Shown here: piece by piece, positions 49,478-60,170 of the stretch | How positions within the stretch are numbered: the stretch's first letter is position 1 | How the letters are laid out: every line of letters begins with the position of its first letter | Assembly: GCA_026990035.1 (NCBI GenBank) | Contig: JALSIM010000015.1 | Location: 5,132 to 69,131 of the forward strand | Direction of reading: 5' to 3' | DNA: 64,000 bases | Source of the DNA: Alphaproteobacteria bacterium | Lineage (GTDB): Bacteria; Pseudomonadota; Alphaproteobacteria; Geminicoccales; Geminicoccaceae | The notes under the pieces: model-generated | What the model was told of the DNA's origin: nothing | Seen by the model: only the letters and a program-made list of their open reading frames with translations | Databases searched by the model: none | Made by a program: the position numbers and the translations under genes

Positions 49478-50353
49478 TCAGTCGCCGGCCATGGCCGCGA
49501 TCGCCTCGTGCAGCGCCAGAGTCCGCTCGGCCATGGCGACATGGAGATTCTCCACCAGCCGTCCGTCGACCACCACCACCCCTTTGCCCTCGGCCCCGGC
49601 CGCCCGCCAGGCCTCGATGATCTTCCTGGCTCTCGCGACCTCCTCCTCGCTCGGCGCGAAGGCGCGGTTGGCGGCCTCGATCTGCCGCGGGTGAATGAGG
49701 GTCTTGCCGTCGAAGCCGAGTTCCCTGCCCTGCACACAGGAGGCCTCGAAGCCCTCGGCGTCCTGGAGATCGAGATAGACCCCGTCGAGAATGGCGAGAC
49801 CCGCCGCCTTGGCCGCCAGCAGACAGAGCCCCAGGGAGGTCAGCATCGGCAGGCGCAGCGGCGTATGGGCGCAGTCCAGTTCGCGGGCGAGATCGGAGGT
49901 GCCCATGACGAAACAGGCGAGGCGTGGATGGGAATCCGCGATCTCCTCGGCGCGCAGCACGCCGCGGGCGGTCTCCAGCATGCACCAGACGGCGAGCCCG
50001 GCGGGGGCGCCGTTCGCCTCCAGCACGGCCACGGAACGCCGCACCACATCGGCGCTGTCCACCTTCGGCAGGAGAATGGCATCGGCGCCGGCAGCGGCCA
50101 TCTCCACCAGATCCTCGTAGCCCCAGGGCGTGTCGAGCCCGTTCACGCGCACGATCAGCTCGCGCCGGCCGTAGGCGGCGCGGTCGGCGAGGGTGCGCCT
50201 GATGATCGCGCGGGCCTCGACCTTGGCGTCCGGCGCCGTGGCATCCTCGAGATCGAGGATGACGCCGTCCACCGGCAGGGTCTTGGCCTTTTCCTGGGCC
50301 CGCGGATTGGAGCCCGGCATGTAGAGCACGCTGCGGCGCGGACGCACCTGCAT
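49478..50353 (-). CDS. HpcH/HpaI aldolase / citrate lyase beta (CitE)-like acyl-CoA lyase
   Basis: Contains RSVLYMPGSNPRAQEKAKTLPVDGVILDLEDA. Confidence 0.85.
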   Translation of the reverse strand: MQVRPRRSVLYMPGSNPRAQEKAKTLPVDGVILDLEDATAPDAKVEARAIIRRTLADRAAYGRRELIVRVNGLDTPWGYEDLVEMAAAGADAILLPKVDSADVVRRSVAVLEANGAPAGLAVWCMLETARGVLRAEEIADSHPRLACFVMGTSDLARELDCAHTPLRLPMLTSLGLCLLAAKAAGLAILDGVYLDLQDAEGFEASCVQGRELGFDGKTLIHPRQIEAANRAFAPSEEEVARARKIIEAWRAAGAEGKGVVVVDGRLVENLHVAMAERTLALHEAIAAMAGD

Positions 50354-50680
50354 CTCCTTCTCCCTCCGATATCGGGTGGTTCCGCCGCCTCCTTAACGAA
50401 GCCGCGCCCGGGCGCAAGGGGCCGTTCAGCCGCGCCCCCGGGCCGCCGACCGCTCGACGTGCAGGGGCTGCGCCTTGCCCGCCCGGGTCGTCCGGGGTTC
50501 GGCCCGGCGGACCATCAGCGTGCCCCCCTGCCGCCAGATCTCGCCGTAGGGGCCCCCGGCCCGCGGGATGTGGCTCAGAAAGTGGATCACCTTCCGGCAC
50601 ACCTCCTCCTCGTCGAGCGCGCCGACCCCGGGTCTGACCACCAGCTCGACCCGGGGCAGCCCTTCTTCGGTCTCGGCCTG

Positions 50681-51628
50681 CTGCTGCGAAGCTCGGTGAT
50701 CGGTACCGTCGTCGGGGTCATTCCCGGAATCGGCGGGACCGTCGCCAGCTTCGTCGCCTATGCGAGTGCCTCGCAGACGGCGGGCCGCGAGGGACGCTTC
50801 GGCGAGGGCAACATCCGCGGGGTCCTGGCGCCCGAAGCGGCCAATGACGCCGAGGACGGGGGCGCGCTGCTGCCGGTCGTCGTCTTCGGCATTCCCGGCA
50901 ACGAAGGAACGGCGCTGCTGCTGGCGGCGATGATCATTCACGGGCTGGCCCCCGGACCGGAACTTCCGAGCGAGAGCCTGCCGCTGATGTTCGCGATCAT
51001 CTGGTCGCTGCTGCTCGCGAACTGGCTGACCTCGCTCCTGGGCCTCGCCGGTGCCGGTCTCTGCGCGCGGATCACCGTCGTCCCCCTCGGCTTGCTGGCA
51101 CCCGTTCTCCTGGGGCTCGTCGCCCTCGGCGCCCTCTCGTTGCGCGGCGAATTCTCGGATCTCCTGCTGGTCGTGCTGTTCGGACTGTTCGGCTATGCGC
51201 CGAAGCTGTTCGACTGGCCCCGGCCGCCCTTCGTCATCGCCTTCGTCCTGGGGGGCCTGTTCGAGCGCCAGCTCCACCTCACCTTGCAGCTCGTCGACTA
51301 CGGGCGCATCCGCATCCTCGAGCGGCCGGTCGCCATGGTGCTCGCGCTGCTGATCGCGACGACCGTCGTCCGGGGCCTGGCGCGAGGCCAGCTCGCCACG
51401 CTGCTGCTCCTGGTCTGGACGATCGGCGCATCGCTCGCGATCCCGGCCTTCGTCGCTCTCCGGCTCCGGCTCCTCGGCCGCACCTCGCTGCCCGCCGCCC
51501 TCAGCGGCGGCCTGACGATGGTGTTGCCGCTGGAGCTCGCCCGGCTTTCCGGGGTGCGACTGCCGGAAGGCGCGATCGCCGCCTGTCTGCCCGGCCTGCA
51601 GGAGGCGTTGCCGGGTTTCAGCGGATGA
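50681..51628 (+). pseudogene. C-terminal half of a TctA-family tripartite tricarboxylate transporter permease; the N-terminal half is absent
   Basis: VIGTVVGVIPGIGGTVASFVAYA...GVLAPEAANDAEDGGALLPVVVFGIPGNEGTALLL matches the conserved TctA mid-region. There is no in-frame ATG, and no N-terminal ~250 aa. The upstream part of the track ORF is antisense to the CitE-like gene. Confidence 0.6.
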
Positions 51629-53330
51629 AGCCCATCGCCTCCAGCTTGACGAGGATGCGATGGGCCGCGAGATCCGGGGTGAGCTCGGTGGTATCGATCC
51701 GCACCTCCGGATGTTTGGGGGCCTCGTAGGGATCGGAAATGCCGGTGAAGTTCTCGATGATGCCGGCCCGCGCCTTGGCGTAGAGTCCCTTGCGGTCACG
51801 CTGCTCGCAGACCTCGAGCGGGGTCGCCACGTGCACTTCGAGGAAGCCGCCCAGAGGTTCGATCATCTCCCGGACCCGGCGGCGGGTCTCGGCATAGGGG
51901 GCGATGGGGGCGCAGATGGCGATGCCCCGATGTTTGGTGATCTCGCTCGCCACATAGCCGATCCGCAGGATGTTGAGATCACGGTGCTCGCGCGAGAAGC
52001 CGAGTTCGCTCGACAGATGCTTGCGCACGAGATCGCCGTCCAGCAGGGTCACCGGCCGGGTGCCGATCTCCATCAGCTTGACCATCAGGGCGTTGGCGAT
52101 GGTCGACTTGCCGGACCCCGAAAGGCCGGTGAAGAAGACAGTGAAACCCTGCCGGTGGCGCGGCGGATAGGTGCGCTGCAGCTCCTCGATGATCTCCGGG
52201 AAGGAGAACCAGTCGGGGATCTCGAGCCCTTCGGCGAGACGCCGGCGGAACTCGGTGCCTGAGAGGGCGAGTGCGGTCTCGCCCGGGCGGACCTCGTTTT
52301 CGGGCACGTACTGGGCCCGGTCCTGGACGTAGACGACGTTGCGGAAGGGCACCATGCTGACGCCCAGCTCCTCCTGATGAGCAGCGAACAGCTCCTGGGC
52401 GTCGTAGGGGCCGTAGAAGGGATCACCGTTCGAATCGCTGCCCGGCCCCGCATGGTCGCGGCCGACGATGAGATGGGTGCAGCCGTAGTTGCGCCGGACG
52501 ATGCCGTGCAGCAGCGCCTCCCGCGGACCGGCCATCCGCATCGCCAGCGGCAACAGGCTCAGCAGCGTCGTCTGCTCGGGATAGTGGCGCAGGATCTTCT
52601 CGTAGCAGCGCACCCTGGTGAAATGATCGACATCGCCGGGCTTGGTGGTGCCGACCACCGGATGAATGAGGAGATTGGCCTCCACCTCCCGCGCCGCCCG
52701 GAAGGTGAGCTCGTAATGCGCCCGATGCATGGGATTGCGGGTCTGGAAGGCGACCACCCGCCGCCAGCCGAGCTTGCGGAAGCGCCCCCGCAGCTCCTGG
52801 GGAGTGTCGCGGATGTGCTTGAAATCGTAGTGGACCGGCGGCTCCAGTCCGAGGAGACGGCCGCCGAGACAGACGGGCCCGGCCTGCTCGAACAGATAGC
52901 GGACGCCGGGATGGTCGGAACTTTCCGTACCGTAGACCGACCGCGCCTCGCGTCGGCGGTCGGGCGTGAAACGGTCGGTCACCTCGAGCACCGCGAGCGG
53001 AACCCCCTCGGGATCCCGGAGGGCGATCCGCCGGCCGGGCTCGATCTTCTCGCCGAACTCGCGGTCCACGTCGAGGGTGATGGGAATGGGCCAGAGGAGG
53101 CCGTCGGCGAGCCGCATCTCCTCGACCACCCGATCGTAGTCGGCCTGCCCCATGAAGCCCTCGAGGGGCGAGAAGGCGCCGCAGAGCAGCAGCTCGAGAT
53201 CGCAGATCTGACGCGGCGTGAGATCCCAGGACGGATATCCGGCGAGCCGGGTCTTCTCCTCTTCCGCCTCGCGCTCGAACAAATAGAGATCGATCAGTTT
53301 GCCGCCATGCGGTTCCTTGAACGCACCCAT
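51618..53330 (-). CDS. sat: Bifunctional sulfate adenylyltransferase / adenylylsulfate kinase
   Basis: 570 aa with an ATP-sulfurylase core (QTRNPMHRAH) and a C-terminal APS kinase domain (FFTGLSGSGKST). Confidence 0.9.
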   Translation of the reverse strand: MGAFKEPHGGKLIDLYLFEREAEEEKTRLAGYPSWDLTPRQICDLELLLCGAFSPLEGFMGQADYDRVVEEMRLADGLLWPIPITLDVDREFGEKIEPGRRIALRDPEGVPLAVLEVTDRFTPDRRREARSVYGTESSDHPGVRYLFEQAGPVCLGGRLLGLEPPVHYDFKHIRDTPQELRGRFRKLGWRRVVAFQTRNPMHRAHYELTFRAAREVEANLLIHPVVGTTKPGDVDHFTRVRCYEKILRHYPEQTTLLSLLPLAMRMAGPREALLHGIVRRNYGCTHLIVGRDHAGPGSDSNGDPFYGPYDAQELFAAHQEELGVSMVPFRNVVYVQDRAQYVPENEVRPGETALALSGTEFRRRLAEGLEIPDWFSFPEIIEELQRTYPPRHRQGFTVFFTGLSGSGKSTIANALMVKLMEIGTRPVTLLDGDLVRKHLSSELGFSREHRDLNILRIGYVASEITKHRGIAICAPIAPYAETRRRVREMIEPLGGFLEVHVATPLEVCEQRDRKGLYAKARAGIIENFTGISDPYEAPKHPEVRIDTTELTPDLAAHRILVKLEAMGFIR

Positions 53331-53443
53331 GTCCTTCCCCGTCGCTTTCCATCGTCCGGCGAGACGCCCGGGGTCTTAGCGCACCGGTGGGCGTCTCGTA
53401 CAGTGACGATCGCGCATCGGGTGAACGGACCATACGGTATCGG

Positions 53444-55669
53444 TCACCGGGAGAAGCGGTTCCCGCGGGGAAACCCGGTCGGTGCCATGCGCCCCGCCTG
53501 CCCCCGTTTCCCCAGCCAGCCGGCGAGATCGGTGAGGGTGCGGGTACGCGAGCCGGTGGGCCAGCTCAGCCCCTCCTCGAGACGGAACACCTTGACGTCG
53601 GCGAGATGCCCGTCCCGGTAGCGCTGCAGCATCACACCCCGTCCCCGGCTCATCCGCGGCAGCTCCTCGAGCGGGAACACGAGGAGCTTGCGATTGCTCC
53701 CCACCACCGCCAGATGATCGCCCTCCGCCGGTACCACGCGATGCAGCCGGTCGTCCCCCTTCACCGTCATCACCTGGCGCCCGGCCCGCGTCTGCGACAG
53801 CAGCTCCTCCTCGCGGACGAGAAAGCCGCGGCCGGCGCGGCTCGCGAGGAGCAGCCATCCACCCGGACGGTGGCCGAAGAGAGCGACGATTTCCGTCCCC
53901 TCGGCGAGATCGATCGCGAGGCTCACCGGCTCGCCGTGGCCGCGACCGCTCGGCAGGCGATCGACGCGCAGGGTGTAGCAGCGTCCGTCCGAGGAAAAGA
54001 GCAGCAGACGGTCGGTGCTCTGGAGATGGAGGACGAACCGCTCGCGATCGCCCTCCTTGTAGCGGATCTCCCCGGGATCCCCGATGTGCCCGCGGAGCGC
54101 GCGGATCCAGCCCTTGGCCGAACAGACGACGGTCGTCGCCACCTTGTCGACCGGCGCCTCGAGTGCCGTCTCGTCGATCTCGGGCGCCGCCTCGAGACTG
54201 GTGCGGCGCGCCCCGAGCTCGCCCTCGCCGAAACGGGCGGCGAGGCCCCGGTATTCCTCGGCGAGACGGAGCCGTCGCGCCCCCTCGTCGGCGAGCAGCC
54301 GCTCCAGCTCGCGCCGTTCCGCGAGGAGCTTCCGGCGCTCCTTCGCGAGCGCCGCCTCCTCCAGCCTGCGGAGATTCCTGAGCCGCAGATCGAGGACCGC
54401 CTCGGCCTGCCGCTCGGAGAGCGTGAAGACGCGCATCAGCTCCGCCTTCGGTTCGTCGTGATCCCGGATGATCCGGATCACGCGGTCGATGTCGAGGAAG
54501 ATCCGGAGATAGCCTTCGACCAGCTCCAGCCGGTCGAGAATGCGGCCGAGACGGAACCGCGAGCGGCGGATCAGCACCTCCATCCGATGCCGGAGATGGG
54601 CGTCCAGCACTTCGGCGAGACTCATCACCCGCGGTACCCCGGCGGCGTCCAGGACGTTCATGTTGAGCGACAGCCGGACCTCGAGCTCGGTGAGCCGGAA
54701 AAGCTGTTCCATCAGCAAGCGCGGATCGACGGTCCGGGATCGGGGAACGAGCACGAGCCGGACCTCCTCCGCCGATTCGTCGCGCAGATCGGCCAGCAAC
54801 GGCAGCTTCTTGCGGGCGAGGAGATCGGCCATCCGCTCGACCAGCCGCGCCTTCTGGACCTGATAGGGGATTTCCTCGACGACGATCTGGTACTGACCGT
54901 GGGACAGATTCTCGCGCCGCCAGCGGGCGCGCAGCCGGAAGCTGCCACGCCCCGTCGTGTAGGCCTCGACGAGCCGCTGCCGATCTTCCACCAGCACGCC
55001 GCCGGTGGGCAGATCCGGTCCGGCGACGAACTCGAGGAGTTCGGTCGCCGACGGCAGGGGGGCGTCGGCCGGACGTTCCGCCATCCAGGCGAGCGCCCGC
55101 AGCACTTCACCGGCATTGTGCGGGGGGATGCTGGTGGCCATCCCGACGGCGATGCCCGAGGCACCGTTGGCCAGCAGATTCGGAAAGCCGGCGGGCAGCA
55201 CCTCCGGCTCGCGATCGGTGCCGTCGTAGTTGGCGCGGAACTCGACCGTGTCCTCGTCGATTCCCTCGAGAATGGCCCGCGCCACCTCGGTGAGGCGCGC
55301 CTCCGTGTAGCGCATGGCGGCGGCGTTGTCGCCGTCGATGTTGCCGAAATTCCCCTGCCCCTCCACGAGGGGATAGCGCTGGGCGAAATCCTGGGCGAGT
55401 CGGACCAGCGCATCGTAGACGGCGGCATCCCCGTGCGGATGATACTTGCCGATGACATCGCCGACGACACGGGCACATTTCTTGAAACCGGCCGCCGGAT
55501 CGAGCCGGAGCTGGAGCATCGCGTAGAGAAGCCGCCGCTGGACCGGTTTCAGCCCGTCCCGCACGTCCGGCAGCGAGCGGGCGGTGATGGTGGAGAGCGC
55601 GTAGGCCAGATAGCGCTCGCGCAACGCATCCCTGAGGGCGATCGGCCGGACGGCGGCTGCCTCGGTCAT
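53444..55669 (-). CDS. parC: DNA topoisomerase IV subunit A
   Basis: Contains [29 protein letters not shown] and AAMRYTE (the catalytic Tyr). 741 aa from ATG 55669. Confidence 0.9.
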   Translation of the reverse strand: MTEAAAVRPIALRDALRERYLAYALSTITARSLPDVRDGLKPVQRRLLYAMLQLRLDPAAGFKKCARVVGDVIGKYHPHGDAAVYDALVRLAQDFAQRYPLVEGQGNFGNIDGDNAAAMRYTEARLTEVARAILEGIDEDTVEFRANYDGTDREPEVLPAGFPNLLANGASGIAVGMATSIPPHNAGEVLRALAWMAERPADAPLPSATELLEFVAGPDLPTGGVLVEDRQRLVEAYTTGRGSFRLRARWRRENLSHGQYQIVVEEIPYQVQKARLVERMADLLARKKLPLLADLRDESAEEVRLVLVPRSRTVDPRLLMEQLFRLTELEVRLSLNMNVLDAAGVPRVMSLAEVLDAHLRHRMEVLIRRSRFRLGRILDRLELVEGYLRIFLDIDRVIRIIRDHDEPKAELMRVFTLSERQAEAVLDLRLRNLRRLEEAALAKERRKLLAERRELERLLADEGARRLRLAEEYRGLAARFGEGELGARRTSLEAAPEIDETALEAPVDKVATTVVCSAKGWIRALRGHIGDPGEIRYKEGDRERFVLHLQSTDRLLLFSSDGRCYTLRVDRLPSGRGHGEPVSLAIDLAEGTEIVALFGHRPGGWLLLASRAGRGFLVREEELLSQTRAGRQVMTVKGDDRLHRVVPAEGDHLAVVGSNRKLLVFPLEELPRMSRGRGVMLQRYRDGHLADVKVFRLEEGLSWPTGSRTRTLTDLAGWLGKRGQAGRMAPTGFPRGNRFSR

Positions 55670-56409
55670 GCCTTTCCCTTCTCCTCCATCCGCTGCTGCC
55701 AGAGATCGGCGAAACGCTCGCGTGCCGCCGGCAGCGGACGTTCCGTCGGGGCGAGGATATGCCGGCGGATGAAATGTCCGGCAAGCCTCAACCCCTGCGC
55801 GATCTCCCCCTCGCTCGCCTTCTCCCCACCGAGCAGGAAGGCGGGCAGCGGCAGCAGACGGGGCGCCCATTCCCCGGCCGCCGCCCGGCTCACCGCCCGG
55901 CCCGTCCGTGGCGAGACATAGGCGAGATCCTCCCGACCTCCGGTGACGGCGCAGCGCTCGAGATCGAGCCCGAAGCCGAGTTCCGCCAGCAGCAGCAACT
56001 CGAAGCGGACGTAGCTCTGCGGCCAATCCTCGGCCCGCGCCGCCAGCTTTTCGAAGAGGGTGAGAAGCGGCGCGTAGAGCGCGGGATGGGGGTCGCGTTC
56101 GCCGAGACCGGCATCGAGCAGCCCGCAGGCCGAATCGAGGCTGGCGAGCAGCAGGGCATCGTCCAGCACCGTGGCGGCGAACAGCCGGAGGGGTTCGATC
56201 ATGTAGCTGCCGAGATGTTCGCTCAGCCGCGCCCGCCACCGGCAGGAAAGGCGGTTGCCCCGCTGCAGGAGAGGCCGTGCCCGCCGGCCGGCACCGCCAC
56301 GGACCAGCCCCAGGTGACGTCCGTGCTCGTAGGTGAACAGCGACAGGAGGGCGTCGCGCTCGCCGTGCCTGCGGGCACTCAGCACGATTCCTTCGTCCTG
56401 CCAGTCCAT
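55666..56409 (-). CDS. recO: DNA repair protein RecO
   Basis: Starts MDWQDEGIVLSARRHGERDALLSLFT. ATGA overlap with parC. Confidence 0.9.
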   Translation of the reverse strand: MDWQDEGIVLSARRHGERDALLSLFTYEHGRHLGLVRGGAGRRARPLLQRGNRLSCRWRARLSEHLGSYMIEPLRLFAATVLDDALLLASLDSACGLLDAGLGERDPHPALYAPLLTLFEKLAARAEDWPQSYVRFELLLLAELGFGLDLERCAVTGGREDLAYVSPRTGRAVSRAAAGEWAPRLLPLPAFLLGGEKASEGEIAQGLRLAGHFIRRHILAPTERPLPAARERFADLWQQRMEEKGKA

Positions 56410-56429
56410 CGCGCGCACATCCGCCGGGC

Positions 56430-57344
56430 TCAGCCCGGAAAATCGAGGCCCATCTCGCCGTAGCGCTCGGGATCGTCCTGCCAGCGTGGCCGCACCTTGA
56501 CGAACAGGAAGAGATGGACCCGGGCCTCGAACAGCCGCTCGAGTTCCCGGCGCGCCCGCTCGCCGATCGCCTTGATGCGCCGACCGCCCCGACCGAGAAC
56601 GATCGCCTTCTGGCTGTCGCGCATCACGTAGATCGTCTGGTCGATGCGGATCTCCCCGCCGTCGGGACTTTCCGTCCAGCCCTCGGTCTCCACGGTGATG
56701 GCGTAGGGCAGTTCCTGCTCGAGCTGGAGGAAGACCTGTTCGCGGGTGATCTCCGCCGCCAGCGCCCGCGAGGACAGGTCGGTGAGCTGATCCTCGGGGT
56801 AGAGCCAGGGCCCTTCCGGCATCTTCGCCGCGACCGCCCCCAGGAGGTCTTCGCAGCCGTCGCCGGTTCGCGCCGAGACGAGCCATACGGCGGCGACCTC
56901 GATCGCCCGTGCGGCCTCGTCGACGAGCGGCAGCAGCTCGGCCCGCCGCTCGACGAGATCGATCTTGTTGACCACCAGGAACCGCGGCACGCGGGTCCGC
57001 GAAAGGCCATCGAACACCGCCCTGGCGGGACCATCCAGACCGCGCCGCGCGTCGATCACGGCCAGGACCAGATCGGCGTCGCCGGCCGCCGACCAGGCGG
57101 CCTCGACCATCGCCCTTTCGAGCCTGCGGCCACCCTGGGGCCGGAAGATGCCCGGCGTGTCGACGAACATGATCTGGCTGTCGCCGCGGATGGTGATGCC
57201 GATGATCCGCCGGCGGGTGGTCTGCACCTTCGGCGAGACGATCGACACCTTGGTCCCGACCAGCCGGTTCACCAGCGTCGACTTGCCGACGTTGGGCGCG
57301 CCGAGAACCGCGACGAAGCCGGCCCGGCGCTTGCTGTCGCTCAT
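56430..57344 (-). CDS. era: GTPase Era
   Basis: Contains GFVAVLGAPNVGKSTLVN, DTPG and NKID, plus a C-terminal KH domain. Confidence 0.95.
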   Translation of the reverse strand: MSDSKRRAGFVAVLGAPNVGKSTLVNRLVGTKVSIVSPKVQTTRRRIIGITIRGDSQIMFVDTPGIFRPQGGRRLERAMVEAAWSAAGDADLVLAVIDARRGLDGPARAVFDGLSRTRVPRFLVVNKIDLVERRAELLPLVDEAARAIEVAAVWLVSARTGDGCEDLLGAVAAKMPEGPWLYPEDQLTDLSSRALAAEITREQVFLQLEQELPYAITVETEGWTESPDGGEIRIDQTIYVMRDSQKAIVLGRGGRRIKAIGERARRELERLFEARVHLFLFVKVRPRWQDDPERYGEMGLDFPG

Positions 57345-58075
57345 TTTTCCGCTGTCCCGATACGTTCCAGAAGCCGGCGGGCCGCAGCCTGCTCGGCGGC
57401 CCGCTTGGAGCCGCCTTCGCCGATCGCCGGCGGCAATCCCTCGACAGAGACCTCGACCAGAAAGCGTGGCGCGTGATCGGGTCCCGCCGCTCCCTTGAGA
57501 TGGTACGTCGGGCGCGAAAGACCATGCCCCTGCGCCCATTCCTGAAGCTTCGTCTTGGCGTCGCGCGGCGGTGCCCGCAGAGCGTCCACCCGTGCGCTCC
57601 AGCGGTCGCGGACGAACCGCTCGGCGGCCGCCAGACCGCCGTCGATGAACAGGGCGCCGATCACCGCTTCGAGACAGTCGGCGAGAATTCCGGGATTGGT
57701 CCGTCCCCCCGACCCCTCCTCGCCGCGCGACAGACGCAGCCAGGCGGCGAGGCCGAGCTCGCGGGCGACCTCGGCCAGGGTCTCCCGGTTCACGAGATGG
57801 CTGAGCCGCGCCCCCAGCGCCCCCTCGTCGTCGCCCGGAAAGCGTTCCAGCAGAAGCCGGGCGACGACCAGACCGAGAACCCGGTCGCCGAGGAACTCCA
57901 GCCGTTCGTTGCTGCGCGGTCGCCGTCCCCGCCGGTGGCGGCCGCCGGCGAGGCTGGCGTGGGTCAGCGCCTCCTCGAGCAGAGCGACATCGCCGAACCG
58001 GTGTCCCAGCCGCTCCTCGAGGCCCGCGAACCCGCTCCCCGCCGGCGCTTCGGCTCCGTTCCGGCGGCGCTTCAT
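57341..58075 (-). CDS. rnc: Ribonuclease III
   Basis: Contains the NERLEFLGDRVLG signature and a C-terminal dsRBD (GEGGSKRAAEQAAA). Confidence 0.9.
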   Translation of the reverse strand: MKRRRNGAEAPAGSGFAGLEERLGHRFGDVALLEEALTHASLAGGRHRRGRRPRSNERLEFLGDRVLGLVVARLLLERFPGDDEGALGARLSHLVNRETLAEVARELGLAAWLRLSRGEEGSGGRTNPGILADCLEAVIGALFIDGGLAAAERFVRDRWSARVDALRAPPRDAKTKLQEWAQGHGLSRPTYHLKGAAGPDHAPRFLVEVSVEGLPPAIGEGGSKRAAEQAAARRLLERIGTAEK

Positions 58076-58086
58076 GCCGACCGCGG

Positions 58087-58845
58087 TCACTCGATGGGCT
58101 GGAACAGGCGATCGTAGCGGATCGCCCAGGGCCACTTCCAAAACTCCCACCACTCGGCACTGCCGTCGACCGAAAAGAACAGGATCTCGGCCCGGCCGAT
58201 GAGGTTTTCCACCGGCACGAATCCGACATGGGCGACCCGACTGTCGAGGGAGTTGTCGCGGTTGTCGCCCATCACGAAGATGTGCCCCGGTGGGACCTCG
58301 TAGACCTCGGTGTTGTCGAGCCGGCCGAAGGGGGTGAGATCCATCACCAGATGGCTGCCGTCACCGGGCAGCGTCTCGCGATAGACGGTCCCCCGGTCGC
58401 TGCTGCCGGGCTCCACGAACTCGCCGATCCGCTCCATCTTCGCGGGCTCGCCGTTGACCCAGAGGATGCCGCTCTTCACCTGGATGCGATCACCGGGCAG
58501 CCCCACGACCCGCTTGATGTAGTCGGTCCGATTGTCGGACGGGAGCTTGAAGACGACCACGTCGCCGCGTTCCGGGAGGCGGGCGAAGATCCGTCCCGAC
58601 CAGAGCGGGAGGCTGAGCGGCAGGGAGTAGCGACTGTACCCATAGGAGAACTTGGAGACGAAGAGATAATCGCCGACCAGCAGGGTGGGCTTCATCGATC
58701 CCGAAGGGATGTTGAAGGGCTCGTAGGCGAAGGTGCGGACGACGAGGGCGATGGCGACGGCGTAGATCAGGGTCCGCACCGTCTCGAGAAAGCCTCCGGA
58801 TTTCTTTTCCGCCATGCTCAAGGGTTTGTTCATCTGGTTCGCCAT
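58087..58845 (-). CDS. lepB: Signal peptidase I
   Basis: Contains IPSGSMKPTL and GDNRDNSLDSR. Confidence 0.9.
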   Translation of the reverse strand: MANQMNKPLSMAEKKSGGFLETVRTLIYAVAIALVVRTFAYEPFNIPSGSMKPTLLVGDYLFVSKFSYGYSRYSLPLSLPLWSGRIFARLPERGDVVVFKLPSDNRTDYIKRVVGLPGDRIQVKSGILWVNGEPAKMERIGEFVEPGSSDRGTVYRETLPGDGSHLVMDLTPFGRLDNTEVYEVPPGHIFVMGDNRDNSLDSRVAHVGFVPVENLIGRAEILFFSVDGSAEWWEFWKWPWAIRYDRLFQPIE

Positions 58846-58963
58846 GTGAACGTCGGTTCTCGGGAGCCTCGAGGCCCGGTGCGGTGCCGGCCTGGACGGC
58901 GGTCGCGGCGGGTCAGCCTAAAGGACGGCCGGACCCAGGTAAAGCCGGCAGCCATGGGCGAGG

Positions 58964-59365
58964 TCAGCGCGCCGGTACGGCGCTGATGACGACGATCGCC
59001 TGGGCGATCGGTGGCTCGTCGGTGAGGGTGAGTTCGATCCGGGGCCGCATGCCGGGCGGCGTGATCTCGGCGAGACGCGCCGCGGCCCCACCGGTGAGCG
59101 CCAAGCCGGGCTTGCCCGACGGCGCGTTGACGACCCCGATGTCGCGCCAGTAGACGCCCCGCCGGAAGCCGGTGCCGAGGGCCTTGGCACAGGCTTCCTT
59201 GGCGGCGTAGCGCTTGGCGTAGGTGTCCGCCCGACGGAGCCGGCGCTCGGCCTTGGCCCGTTCCGTCTCGGTGAACACCCGACGGGTGAAGCGTTCGCCG
59301 AAGCGCTCGAGGGTCCGTTCGATGCGGCGGATGTCGATCAGATCGCTGCCGATGCCGATGATCAT
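58964..59365 (-). CDS. acpS: Holo-[acyl-carrier-protein] synthase
   Basis: Contains [16 protein letters not shown] and [18 protein letters not shown] overlap with pdxJ. Confidence 0.9.
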   Translation of the reverse strand: MIIGIGSDLIDIRRIERTLERFGERFTRRVFTETERAKAERRLRRADTYAKRYAAKEACAKALGTGFRRGVYWRDIGVVNAPSGKPGLALTGGAAARLAEITPPGMRPRIELTLTDEPPIAQAIVVISAVPAR

Positions 59366-60093
59366 GCCGCGCGGGCCTCGTCCATCAGCCGGCGCATGGT
59401 CCGCACCGCCTCGAGGAAACCGACGAACACCGCCTCGCCGATCAGATAGTGACCGATGTTGAGTTCGACGATCTCGGGGATGGCCGCGACCGGCTTGACA
59501 TTGGCGTAGGTGAGCCCGTGACCGGCATGGCATTCGAGGCCGAGCTGCCGGCAACGGGCGGCGGCCCGTACCAGCCGCTCGAGCTCCCGCTCGCGGGCCT
59601 CGCCGGTGGCCTCGCAGTAGCTGCCGGTGTGGAGCTCGACGACCGGTGCTCCGACCCGCCTCGCCGCCTCGAGCTGCTCCGGATCGGGATCGACGAACAG
59701 GGAGACGCGGATGCCGCACTCGGCGAGAGCGGCCACGAAGGGTCGCAGGCGGGCTTCGGCACCGATCACGTCGAGACCGCTTTCGGTGGTCCGTTCCTCG
59801 CGCCGCTCGGGAACGATGCAGCAGGCATGGGGCCGCACCCGGCGGGCGATCCGCTGCATTTCCTCGGTGGCGGCGATCTCGAGATTGAGGGGCAGATCGC
59901 ACTCCCTCGCCAGCCGCTCGACGTCGGCATCGGTGATGTGGCGCCGATCCTCGCGCAGATGGGCGGTGATCCCCTGCCCTCCGGCCTCGCGGACCAGGCG
60001 GGCGGCGCGGACCGGATCGGGATGCTCGCCGCCGCGGGCGTTGCGCAGCGTCGCCACGTGATCGATATTCACCCCGAGCCTGAGCGCGGACAT
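59362..60093 (-). CDS. pdxJ: Pyridoxine 5'-phosphate synthase
   Basis: Contains [16 protein letters not shown] and HLREDRRHI. Confidence 0.9.
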   Translation of the reverse strand: MSALRLGVNIDHVATLRNARGGEHPDPVRAARLVREAGGQGITAHLREDRRHITDADVERLARECDLPLNLEIAATEEMQRIARRVRPHACCIVPERREERTTESGLDVIGAEARLRPFVAALAECGIRVSLFVDPDPEQLEAARRVGAPVVELHTGSYCEATGEARERELERLVRAAARCRQLGLECHAGHGLTYANVKPVAAIPEIVELNIGHYLIGEAVFVGFLEAVRTMRRLMDEARAA

Positions 60094-60170
60094 GGCTCCT
60101 CTCTGATAGCGGGCGTTGCCGGGCAGAGAGAGACTTAGCCGAGCCGCCGGCGAGAGCAAGGGGCGGCGTG

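Noticed and set aside
49508-51628. A single 706-aa plus-strand protein in the ORF track.
   Set aside because: - Only the last ~315 codons show TctA similarity.
- The first two thirds are antisense to the well-supported CitE-like gene and have no membrane or enzyme motifs.
53444-56239. Very long N-terminal extensions of parC (931 aa), recO (619 aa), era (599 aa), acpS (473 aa), the isochorismatase gene (451 aa) and the GT4 gene (594 aa).
   Set aside because: - In each case a canonical family N-terminus begins at an internal ATG that overlaps or abuts the upstream gene's stop.
- The extension overlaps that upstream gene in another frame.
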